Origin: Octopus sinensis
Taxonomy: Eukaryota
Direction of reading: 5' to 3'
NCBI RefSeq assembly: GCF_006345805.1
Contig: NW_021833870.1
Span: forward strand, 1 to 64,000
DNA length: 64,000 nt
Shown one piece after another: positions 52,463 to 64,000 of the stretch; the stretch's first letter is position 1, and each line of letters opens with the position of its first letter. The position numbers and the translations under genes were made by a program. The notes under the pieces are model-generated. The model was not told where the DNA came from. It ran no database searches and saw only the letters and a list, made by a program, of their open reading frames with translations.

Positions 52463-52671
52463 CAGTGGTTCCCCAATTTTTTCGGGTTACCACCCCCTTG
52501 ACACCCAAGCCACATTTCTACTGCCCCCCAAAAACTTAACCTAATGAATCCATTATTTTGTTGTTTTCACATGAATCGCTACCCCAGAATCGCCTCACTT
52601 TTCTTCAACGCCTCTGAGAACTTCCCCCCCCCCCAGTGGGGTAACATTACTGCCTACTTTGGAAACCACTG
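52463..52671. mobile_element. hAT-type MITE
   Basis: TIRs CAGTGGTTCCCCAA / TTTGGAAACCACTG; 8-bp TSD CACTATAT / CACTACAT. Confidence 0.85.
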
Positions 52672-53039
52672 CACTACATCATACTCACTTGCGAATGATA
52701 GCTCGACCGTTCGCTTGGTCAGTCGGTTTTTTTCTTTTCTTTACTCTTTCTTTCTGCAATTCCTGCCCCACATTTCAATTTTACATTCAGCTCCTGGTTT
52801 GTCTTATTGTTCTGCATTTAAACCCGAAAGGTCTAAGATGGCGCGTCTTGATTCTGATGTATTGCAAAAGGCTTTCTATCTATCAAAAACCGTTCCTGCT
52901 ATTCATCATTTGGTTATATTCCCCTTCTTATCCTTACGTTTCTTCTTTTATATATTGTCTCCTCCTTCTCATAACTCGTCCTTTTTACTGTTTAGCCAAG
53001 CGACCTTGCTAGATGTCTAAATGTTTTTAATTTCTTAAA

Positions 53040-53845
53040 GGCGGCAGTATTTCGTCTGTCTTTACATTCTGAGTTCAAATTCTGCCAAGGTGGACTTTGC
53101 CTTTCAACCTTTCGGGGTCGATAAATTAAGTAACAGTTGCGTACTGGGGTCCGTCTAATCGAGTGGCCCCCTCTCCCAAAATTTCGGGCCTCGTGCCTAG
53201 AAACGTTAGCACGCCGGGCGAAATACTTAGCAGTATTTCGTCTGCCTTTACGTTCTGAGTTCAAATTCCGCCGAGGTTGACTTTGCCTTTCATCCTTTTA
53301 GGGGTCGATAAATTAAGTACTAGTTGCGTATTGGGTTTGATCTAATCGACTGGCCCCTTCCCCCCGAATTTCGAGTTTTGTGCCTAGAGTAGAAAAGAAT
53401 ATTTTTAGTTTTCTTAAAGGCGGCGAGCTGGCAGAAACGTTGGCGCGCCGGGCGAATTGCACAGCGGTATTTTGTCTGCCGCTACGTTCTGAATTCAAAC
53501 TCCGCCGAGGATGACTTTGCCTTTCATCCTTTCGGAGTTGATAAATTACGTACCAGTTACGGACTGGGGTCGATATAATCAACTTAATCCCTTTGTCTGT
53601 CCTTGTTTGTCTCCTCTATGTTTAGCCCTTTGTGTGCAATAAAAAATTAAGAAACGTTAGTAAGTCGGACGAAATGCTTAGTGGTATTTCGTCTTCCGGT
53701 TCTGAGTTCAAATTCCGCAGAGGTCGACTATGCCTTTCATCCTTTCGTAGTCGATAAATTAAGTACCAAATGTGCACTGGGGTCGATCTAATTGACTGGA
53801 CTACTCCCTCAAAATTTCGTGCTTTGAGCCTCGAGTAGAAAATAT
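53040..53845 (+). mobile_element. SINE family B tandem array (4 units)
   Basis: Units near 53040, 53199, 53418 and 53650. Confidence 0.88.
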
Positions 53846-54088
53846 TATTTTTAATTTTCTTTTATGTCAGAAGTCACGTGTCTTTTTATGAGTTTGTTTG
53901 CGTGTAGATTTTAGCATTGTATTGCGACGTGCATATGGTTTCTATAATTAACCTCCTGTTTTCGTGTTGAATTTTATAAAATATGGAAGTATTCTCCTCT
54001 AGCATTTTATGTAAGACAAACTAATTAACACGTGGCTGTTGATGCAAACGGTCAATAAACCATTGGCGGGAAAGTCAATTATAAGATA

Positions 54089-54391
54089 CTAGCAGTATCG
54101 CCCGGCGTTGCTCGGGTTTGTAAGGGAAATAACTATATAAGCATTTTTAGAGAGTTACTTCCCTTATATAATAGCAAAAAAATGCATTAAAAATGGGAAA
54201 AAATGATGATAATTTTTTTTTAAAATCGTAGACTCATCGTAGACGCGCGCTAATACCCAGAAGGGTTCGATATGAATCACGACTATAAGATACCCGCTTT
54301 TGGTTAAACTGCACCGCAAAATGTGGGAGTAGTTAGGAATCTAAATTGTAGGAGACAGACACTCTCACAACTTCAGTTTTATATATAAAGA
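54089..54391 (-). mobile_element. Non-autonomous Helitron
   Basis: CTAG end with hairpin CCCGGCGTTGCTCGGG; 5' TC at 54391; body homologous to 9255-9460. Confidence 0.85.
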
Positions 54392-54581
54392 TATCATATA
54401 CCGCCATTTGTAACACAACCATCAACATCTCCAATGCCATCGCATTACCACCACTGTGATCATGAAAAACACAACCATTACCATCACAACATATCAACAG
54501 CCACTACTATACCTATTGTCATCACAAACACCAAAATAAATACTACTGCCATCGCCGCCGCGCCACCACCAAGACAATCAC

Positions 54582-54622
<41 letters not shown>

Positions 54623-55020
54623 CAACTATCCCATCAAGGCCATACAACATCACATCACCCGAAACTCTACCATCATCAACAACCCTACAGCAACTACATC
54701 CACCAACACCACGACGACGATCACCACCGCCGACGCCACCACTGCCACTACCACCACTGCTACCACTACTACAGCCATTACCTCAACCATCACAAATACA
54801 ATTACCGCTACAACAATTGGCATCATAGCTACCACAGCCACGTGATAAGCATCACGTGATCTATCATTTGCCGTCTTTGTAGTTATTACATGCTAGCGGC
54901 GTCACTTCCTTTGTTTTCTGGTACAAAGTGTTTATTGATGCAAGAACTGTATTCTGTTGATCAACCCTTCAAATACACCTTATATACGCACCGACATACG
55001 CATATTCATATATACACACA

Positions 55021-55051
<31 letters not shown>

Positions 55052-55293
55052 CATACATACATACATACATACATACATACATACATACATACATACATAC
55101 ATACAAAAATACCCTGTTGTTGATGTTGGAATTCCAATGAAGGAGCCTTGGATCTAGATTAGAAACCGGCTCTTTATTGGCAAGAAATCTTGAAATAAAA
55201 CTGAACAATGACATACATACATACATACATACATACATACATACATACATACATAGACGCACACAAAAACACACAGACGAACGCGAATATATA

Positions 55294-55465
55294 TACAGTA
55301 GTCCTTCGCCATATTGCAGTTCACTTATCGCGACTCACTATTTAATTTTACATCGATCCTCCGTAGAGTTGTCTTGCATGTATAATAAAATAAATATATA
55401 CAAAGAAAAGTTTTAAAAATATACAGTACATGTCTACTTCGTGGATTTTCACCTATCGCGGGGCT
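55294..55465 (+). mobile_element. Tigger/pogo-like MITE remnant
   Basis: TA|CAGTAGTCCTTCGCCATATTGCAGTTCACTTATCGCG start; internal TTCACCTATCGCG repeat; right end lost. Confidence 0.55.
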
Positions 55466-55470
55466 TTTAA

Positions 55471-55858
55471 AACATTTGACTGTGGCCATGCTGGAGTACC
55501 ACCTTTAGTCGAGCAAATCGACCCCAGGACTTATTGTTTGTAAACCTAGTACTTATTCTATCGATTTCTTTTGCCGAACCGCTAAGTTAAGGGGACGTAA
55601 ACACACCAGCATCGGTTGTCAAGCGATGTTGGGGGGGACAAACACAGAGACACATAGACACACACATACATATATATATATATATACATATATACGTCGG
55701 TCTTCTTTCAGTTTCCGTCTACCAAATCCACTCACAAGGCTTTAATCGGCCCGAGGCTATAGTAGAAGACACTTGCCCAAGGTGCTACGCAGTGGGACTG
55801 AACCCGGAACCACGTGGCTTGTAAGCAAGCTACTTACCACACAGCCACTCCTACGCCT
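55471..55858 (-). mobile_element. SINE family A copy
   Basis: Reverse-complement homologue of 396-840. Confidence 0.88.
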
Positions 55859-55859
55859 A

Positions 55860-56163
55860 TATATCACCGTGATCACCGTGACCGACCAGGCTATCAGATG
55901 TTGCTACACATCGCTGGTCACAATGCGCTTTGCATTGTTTTAGCCTTCAAGAGACGCCACTTCGCTGGCTGAGCGAGCAGGCCAATAGAAGAAAGAGTGA
56001 GAGAAATTTGTGGCGAAAGAGTACAGCAGGGATCGCCACCACTCCCTCCGGAGCCTCGTGGAGCTTTAGGTGTTTTCGCTCAATAAACACTCACAACGCC
56101 CGGTCTGGGAATCGAAACCGCGAGTCCGCTGCCCTAACCACTGGGCCATTGGGTCTCCACGCC
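55860..56163 (-). mobile_element. tRNA-derived SINE (additional family)
   Basis: Reverse head GGCGTGGAGACCCAATGGCCCAGTGGTTAGGGCAGCGGACTCGCGGTTTCGATTCCCAGA with A and B boxes. Confidence 0.75.
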
Positions 56164-56165
56164 TA

Positions 56166-56334
<169 letters not shown>

Positions 56335-56345
56335 ATATATATATA

Positions 56346-56712
56346 CTAGCAGTATTGCCCGGCGTTGCTCAGGTTTGTAAGGGAAATAACTATAAAGCAT
56401 TTTTAGAGAGTTATAGCCCAAAAATAGCAAAAAAATGGAAGAAAATGATGGTAAATTTTTTTTTTAGTTAAAAAGGTGGAGTTGCGTCCCCTAGACAGTT
56501 TGCGGTTTGTGTTTCTGATTGTCGACCCCATGTCGAATTATCGATTTTTTTAAGAACTGGGGGAACTTTTCAAAATTTTCGCTGCGTTAGTTTTGAATTA
56601 TGACATTGGGCTATGTGTGTCAAGTTTCATCAGAATCGGTTGAAAGCCGTGGTCAGGGTGAGTACAAGCAAACAGACACACAGAAACACGCACAGACAAA
56701 CTGCCGTTTATA
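56346..56712 (-). mobile_element. Non-autonomous Helitron sharing the 3' end with 54089-54391
   Basis: CTAGCAGTATTGCCCGGCGTTGCTCAGGTTTGTAAGGGAAATAAC. Confidence 0.8.
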
Positions 56713-56719
56713 TATATTA

Positions 56720-56763
<44 letters not shown>

Positions 56764-56964
56764 AATGTAGGATAAAATATTTTTCGAAAAAAAATATTTT
56801 CGAAAAAATTTTATCAATGGTCAGCATATCAAAAAATACCTTTAAACGTTAAATTTATGATTTAACCTAAGTCATATGCTCATGACTTAGTGTTTGCTTC
56901 TTCCATGGGTTTGAGTAAGTATCTCATTTATTTGTCTTTTATATGCTCAAATAGAACGACGAAC

Positions 56965-57215
56965 ATAAAAACAAAAACATAGAAACGAACATTTTTTTCA
57001 AACAACGAAAAAAAACCCAGAGAAACGAGACATACAACATAATGAATATTCCCCTTCTTCAGTTGTCCTTGTTTCATCTACTCCGCGTTTTCGAAGGTAC
57101 GGAGTAGATGAAACAGGGACAACTGAAGAAGGTGGATATTATTATGTTGTGTCTCGTTTCTCTGTTTTTGTTTTTATGTTTTCGTTTCTCATTGTGTTCA
57201 ACGTTTTTTTTATGT
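56965..57215. repeat. Inverted repeat (foldback) centred ~57092
   Basis: CTTCTTCAGTTGTCCTTGTTTCATCTACTCCG / CGGAGTAGATGAAACAGGGACAACTGAAGAAG. Confidence 0.85.
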
Positions 57216-57291
57216 CCTGTACCCATATATGCATGTATATATACATATATATATAGGTATGTACATACATGTAAGTATATATGCATATATT

Positions 57292-57348
<57 letters not shown>

Positions 57349-58041
57349 GAGATGGGGCAAAATGTTGTGTTTTTACTGCATTTTTACCTTGTCACAAACT
57401 ATATTGTTTTTACAAATACTATAGCAGCTAAGCAAATGGCCTTTCTTAAATACATTACAAAAACATCGTAACATAATCTGATCAGTATTTCAGAAAATTA
57501 TCGTCGTTCTATTTGAGCCTATAAAAGACAAATTTGAATGGGGCAAAATGAGTAAGCCGAGATATGGTCAATTGGCCGCTTCAGTCCTTCAGAAAAAGAG
57601 ACTCGTACACATTAATATCCATCCCAAGACATCTGAAAGATCAGAAATGCAAAAGAATTTTTAAATATCACGGTCAGATGAAAGAGGGTCAGGGAGAAAA
57701 TGGAACATTATATGAAATTAACAAAACTTTATTAAAGTAGGTAGGGAGAAAACGAGACATCTGAAGTTACACATTTCCCCCTATATGGCGAAATTGTCAG
57801 TCAAAAAGGCAGAAGGATGAGCATACTGAGATAGAAAATTAGGTGTTACACTCGTACACACACACACAGAGTTAGGAACACAGACGAACGTTTACGAAAA
57901 GCAGTTAGAATGTTTAAGAAAATGGTCGATAAAATATATTATGTTGAACATCAACAGTGGTAAAGTAATAGTATAGGAAATGACGCAAACTTACAAGCCA
58001 CGATGAATATAAATCCTACCATATATGTATATATATAAATA

Positions 58042-58077
<36 letters not shown>

Positions 58078-58117
58078 GTGTGTGTGTGTGTGTATGTGTG
58101 TGTATGTGTGTATAAAC

Positions 58118-58188
58118 AATTGCAGCGTGGAAGTGTTTTATAAGCCATTTAAGAAACATGGCTTATAAACACCTTCCACGCTGCAATT
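58118..58188. repeat. Short palindrome
   Basis: AATTGCAGCGTGGAAG...TATAAGCCAT / ATGGCTTATA...CTTCCACGCTGCAATT. Confidence 0.85.
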
Positions 58189-58282
58189 ATTTTCGTTCAG
58201 CACACGATCTCAGATCAAGTCACTCGCTATGCAAGTATATCTCCTTAATATATATATATATATATAATATAATATATATATA

Positions 58283-58317
<35 letters not shown>

Positions 58318-58399
58318 GCTTGATGACATACTCTCGCGCGTATTGTTTCATTCATGTGCTTGAAACAACGTGCCTAACGAATATATCTAAGGAACACTC

Positions 58400-58712
58400 C
58401 GTCGGTTACGACGATGCAGGTCCCAGCTGATACGATCAACAGAACAGCCTGCTCGTGAAACTAACGTGCAAGTGACTGAGCAATCCACAGGCATGTGTAT
58501 CCTTAACGTAGTTCTCAGGGAGATTCAGCATGATACAGAATGTGACACTGCTGGTCCCTTTTGAAATACAGGTACTACTCATTCTTGTTGGCTGAGTGGA
58601 TTGAAGCAAAGTGAAATAAAGTGTTTTGCTCAAGGACATAGCGCATCACCGAGAATTGAACTCACGGCCTTACGATCGCAAGCAGAGTGCCCCAACCTCT
58701 AAGCCACGCGCC
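58400..58712 (-). mobile_element. tRNA/CORE-type SINE (family C)
   Basis: Reverse head GGCGCGTGGCTTAGAGGTTGGGG...GAGTTCAATTCTC and CORE-like TGTCCTTGAGCAAAACACTTTA. Confidence 0.75.
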
Positions 58713-58714
58713 TC

Positions 58715-58865
58715 TCTGTTTATTTTCTCTTATTCCTTTCTGCTGAAGATCATAGGCTCGAAACGTAAAAGATTTTTTCACCTTTCCGAGTGTCAAACTA
58801 ATATACATGCTTGTTGTTTATACACCTATATTCGTCTTTTGTTTTTCTGTAAATTTCAACTATAC
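58715..58865 (+). mobile_element. PLE pLTR-related terminal fragment (related to 23238-23423 and 45350-45520)
   Basis: CCTTTCTGCTGAAGATCATAGGCTCGAAACGTAAAAG...TCAAACTAATA shared motif. Confidence 0.6.
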
Positions 58866-60769
58866 ACACACACAACTCCGTCGTTGGCAGGTTGTCAATG
58901 AGAGAACTGTCGATAGAGCTTACTGCATTTATTCATCTCAGTCGTTCTATTTATTAAATGTAGAATATATCATAGTTAGTTGAAGAAATTATGGTATTCA
59001 AATGCTTCTTCTTTGCCAGTGTTTTTTTTTTTTTTGCAGTAAAAGTGCTCTACATTCTGTATCGAATTAATTATTTTAGATATTCAAATAAATATTCTGT
59101 GACTATAACAAGAATATTTCTAGATGCAAAGTTAACAAACTAGGAAATAAAATACATCCCATATTACTTCAAAGCAAGGTGTGACATTATAAAATATAAA
59201 CATATATTTTCCCTGGATATGAGTCAGGGTGTCTAGCGAACGCATACATATTTAATTGTTCAGAAATGAAACGCTATCATTTAATCATATTATAATTCTT
59301 AATTTTTTTGTGTTAAATAAGGAATTTTTAATGTTAAATTCATTGCAAAAGTACACATGCGTAGATGAGTCATCTCAGTTTCGTGTTTTATCTTTATTAT
59401 TTTTTTAGAGTTTGCGGCATATTTTGGTTCTATTATATAAGGGAATATAATTCAAGTTACATAAAATTATTAAAATACAAAACACCTGAGTATTGAGAAA
59501 ACAGACTTTAATAATAATACCAGAAACTGGGCAGACTAGAGGAGGAGTGCTTTTTCCATCTTCCAAATTTCGAACGCTATGTATATGTGTATGTACGTAC
59601 ATACATACATACGTACATACATACATACATACATACATACATACATACATACATACATACATACATACATACTTACATACATACATCATACATACATACA
59701 TACATACATACATACATACATACATACATACCGCTTAATAATCTCAATGGAAACTAATCTCAAGCGGAAACTAGAGGAACATAATTAATAACCACACAAA
59801 ATAAAATATATACATATATTCTTCTACATTTATAAAAATGATATAAAAATTCCAAATATATAAATATAAAAATACATATAGATATATATCGATGTGATAC
59901 ATAAAACACAATGAATTTTAGATTTAAAAGTTATAATACATCTTCTGTGTCCTCTTCAGGGATTCTCCATCCCACGTGTCTCCTGTCCTCTTCAGTCCGT
60001 TCTATTTTTCTATGGTAACCATCTTTATCTGCGCATATGTTTGCATCTGTATTTGTGTGTGAGGAGGCGTATGTGTAAGTGTGCGAGTGTATATGATTAG
60101 TGTGTGCTTTGTGTGTTTGTATATGGGTTTGTGAACTATACTGCTTGTGCTCGTGTCTTTTATATAGTATTTTTTATCTAATTATTTCTCTATTTGTTTC
60201 TCGTTCCATCTTATGTCTGTGTATGTGTGTCTTGTGTGTGTGCTTGTATATGGGTTTATGTATTATACTGTTTGAATCTGCGTTTCCTTTTCTTCTTTCA
60301 TTCTATCTTTGGTCATCATGTTGCGTAGAGTGGTGGAGGGGTGTTATTGTTCCATTCATGTTTTCTGTTGGGGTTCGGTCTGTCTTGTCTACAACTATGT
60401 GTGTAGCCTCTGTAATCTGTATAAATGTCGTGCCTGTTCTGCATATTGATAATATCAACACATAGGGCAGGTATATATATGCGTGTCCGTGCGCGCGTCT
60501 GTGTATGTGTATGTGTGTGTATGTGTGCGTATATGCGTACGTGCACATCCATCCATCCATACATCCATCCATCCATCTATACATACATACATACATACAT
60601 ACATCATACATACATACATACATACATACATATAATCCTATGCATTCACGGATATAGCAATGCAGCCATTTGTAAAACAATTCAAAAATACAAACTCCTG
60701 AATATGCATACAAAAGCCTAATCGGAAATGCATATAAACATACAGTTACCTACATGTCAGTGTGTTTGT

Positions 60770-60807
<38 letters not shown>

Positions 60808-61323
60808 ATATATATGTAATTGACAAAATTGGAGTTAACAAGAAGGAGTATGGTTAGCCATATATTTTCAATCACTACAATTGTTTCTACGCCACGTAGT
60901 TTTCCAGACAGGTAGAAGCAAACGTAATGATCTAACATAAATGTCCAACCGTACTCCTTCTTGTTGACTCAAGTTTTTTCAATTATCTATACATACACGT
61001 AGAAAGCCCAAACGTAAACCTGGAAGTACGTATACTACAACTACTGGATAACACAAGGTGAAATCCGAAGGGGTGCGCGTGTATGTGTGTGTATTCTTTT
61101 ATATGTTTCAGCTTTGAGGCTACGGCCATATATATATCATCTAAAGTAGGATAATATTTTTCGAAAAAATTTCTATCAATGGCCAGCATATTGTGTGACA
61201 GATTACATGGTTATTGACGTTATGTCTTTTTTCGGCATATTTTGGCATTAGAAAATTTTTCTTCTGCCCTTACTTATAAATTGTATATATATATATATAT
61301 TATATATTATATATATATATATC

Positions 61324-61356
<33 letters not shown>

Positions 61357-61360
61357 GATA

Positions 61361-61396
<36 letters not shown>

Positions 61397-62061
61397 CGTT
61401 GCTATTAAGCAAAAGTTTCGTATATCCAAAACATTCTTTTTTTCAGAAAACGAAAGAAATTGTCTCACCATTCCGTAGCAAAACCGTTGTACTACACTTT
61501 GACATTTTTTGATATCTTGGCATCTGAAGCAACAGGAGATACGATAGCTTGACCAAGAGAACCGGCTATTCCAAGCAAAAATAAATACTGAAAAAAATGT
61601 ACTCGGCCAAATTTGGACATACTACAGTTTAACATAACACCAACGATATATATATATATATAATGCATATAGGCATTTCCTGGTAAAATTTCATATGAAG
61701 ATACATATATCCACATAGCCTTACATTGTCCTGAATAACATATACGCTGATAGGCGTGAACTTAGATTCATACAGGTTTATTGAAATGCATCATACAAAT
61801 GGAACGATGCTTCTGATTGTACAGGCGCACAAAAATATATGGAAAAAAAGCATCAGAAAAATTACTGAAAAATGCAAAATAAAAATATGTATAGAAAGAA
61901 TATGGATGAGCATAAATTTGTATAAATACTTACATGCACCAAATGTATTCGAATCTCGATACAAAATATGAAACCCTTTGAGTGCTCAGTCACGACACAC
62001 TGCAAACATATACATACATACATACATACATACATACATACATACATACATACTACATATA

Positions 62062-62108
<47 letters not shown>

Positions 62109-63099
62109 TATAATATATTATATATATATATTATATATATATATATTTAAGAATGGAATACGTATGGAAATCAAGTGACAAATACATAATGTAGTGGATT
62201 ATTATTTAAAATCTGTTTATCAATCAGTAACATTTTACAGCGAATGGATAAATTAGATAGATTTCAAAGATTATTATAATGGCCATTTTATGAATGATGA
62301 AGTTTTATAAAAATGAATAGACATTTTGAATTAACTGCATGAATATAAAAAAATTTTTTTAAATTAAGATGTAAAATATATTTAGGAACGATTGGGAAAT
62401 AAGTATATGAGCGAACAATTTTTCAAAAATCAATAATGTAAATTAATTGAATAAAAAATATGTAAAGAATAAAAATTGTATTTTAAAATATATGTAAAAA
62501 AATTATGTTTAAAATAATATAATAATAATGAAAATATAAATAAAAGATATGTATATTGTTTGAATTATAAAATATGAATTCAAAATAGAAGCATAACAAA
62601 TAATAAAATATAAAGCGTGAAAAAAAGGCACAACAAAGAATTAATAACAAGATGTATTTAAAAAAGTTCGAATGTACATATCTAATGTAATAATTAAGCC
62701 ATTATAGCAGGCCTATCATAAAAAAATCTAATTACTGTAGATATAGGAACATATAATCATGGAGAACTAATGTGTTTGAGGAAGATATTTGGTTTCGTAC
62801 GTGCAATTTTGAGGAATACGGAATATGGGTTCCAGATCTCAGGATACGGGTCAGGTATTAAAACATGATATACTGAACATAGGATGTGAGCAGTGGGTTT
62901 TGTTTAGAGGTTGTTAATGGACATGGGTCTGTGGCTACTGTCGGTAACTGTTGGCTTTAAAATACATGCGCAGTAAATGATATCGTTACCAGATGATTAC
63001 TCAGTTTTTGATTATGGAACTTAACTTACTCGCTCCTAATTCTTGAGACTCACGAGGCAGTCAAAATGCGCCAGTGATCATAGTTACTCGCTTCTCTTA

Positions 63100-63410
63100 A
63101 TGCGTCATGACATGTTCTGTCAATCAGCTGCATGTCCCTGTTGGTCGTTTAGTGCCGCTTCATCTTTGGGCGTCTTCTCCGTCTCTTTCTATAGGTTTTC
63201 CCCAGAAGGCCTTCATTCGAGAGTCTTTCACGCGAAAGTTTTATTAGGTGACGCATCCAGCTCAAGTGGTGTTTGCACACAAACTTAGACAAAGGTTGTT
63301 GGTTGGCTCGTTGTTGCACTTCTTGGTTGGAGACGAATTCAACCCATTTGATGCCAAGAACTTTACGTATCAAAGGCGTCCATCTCTTCTCTTGAATAAT
63401 CTTCATCTGT
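63100..63410 (-). pseudogene. RTE-type LINE RT C-terminal fragment
   Basis: IRKVLGIKWVEFVSNQEVQQRANQQPLS...LSWMRHL matches the RTE 'LRRILGIxW...SNEEV...RLRWxGH' pattern. Confidence 0.75.
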
Positions 63411-63966
63411 CACGTTTCGCTCCCATAAAGTAGAGTTGACAACACATTATTATTGTAGAACATCACCTTTGTCTTTTTGCTCCTGCAGATCTGTGCTTAT
63501 TAAAGGAGATCAGTTCAGATTCTCTGTTCAAGGTGTGCTCAGGATAGAGCAATAAGGTTAACTAATAGGTAACAGTATTCATTCTGATGGTATACACTTC
63601 TGCTGTCTTTAGTGTTCTATCACAGTTGGTTTTTAAGTGCCCATATGTATTTCGATGAGCTGGTGCTTTCTCTTCTATTTGTTTATCTGAAAGAGTGGAT
63701 GTGATGGTAGATTCAGAATTTGAAAGTGTTCTTGCTTAAACAAATGTAGGATTTAGGTATTTTGTTGTTGTTGGTGGTGGTGGTGGGGAAGACATCTCGT
63801 TGCACTTAGTAGAACACCCAGTGGACAATCTGTTAACTGTCTACTTGGCAATTGTATTTTAGGTAATATTTGACATTGCAACATTATATAGGTGTGAAAT
63901 TAAATGGTACCCCTGTTCTTTGCTTAACGTTATGCTAATCAAAATTTGATGATGCCTGAGTGCGTT

Positions 63967-64000
<34 letters not shown>

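Noticed and set aside
52544-53020. 158-aa ORF as a host gene
   Set aside because: Starts inside a hAT MITE and continues through probable antisense decayed LINE sequence; no recognisable domain.
54434-54859. His-rich 141-aa ORF
   Set aside because: Degenerate (CAC/CAT)n low-complexity tract open in several frames; no splice or domain evidence.

Overview
AT-rich, microsatellite-dense eukaryotic intergenic/intronic DNA with no convincing host protein-coding exon. The SINE families look like those of an octopus (coleoid cephalopod); this is an inference. Almost all listed ORFs are translations of (TA)n, (CA)n, (AAT)n or (ATAC)n repeats. Real coding remnants are all transposon-derived: several Penelope-like elements (PLEs; RT and GIY-YIG), R4/Dong-type and Tx1-like LINE 3' ends nested in (TAA)n tracts, RTE fragments, a Helitron PIF1 fragment and a mariner fragment. 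There are also at least three tRNA-derived SINE families, plus hAT and Tc1/mariner MITEs. The most notable pattern is a set of minimal hammerhead ribozymes in PLE-type inverted-arm insertions. One such family is a tRNA-headed, (AAT)n-bodied, hammerhead-tailed SINE-like element (3 copies, one with a 13-bp target-site duplication) that appears to be mobilised by PLE machinery. A 2.5-kb extremely AT-rich block still keeps PLE RT motifs in register.
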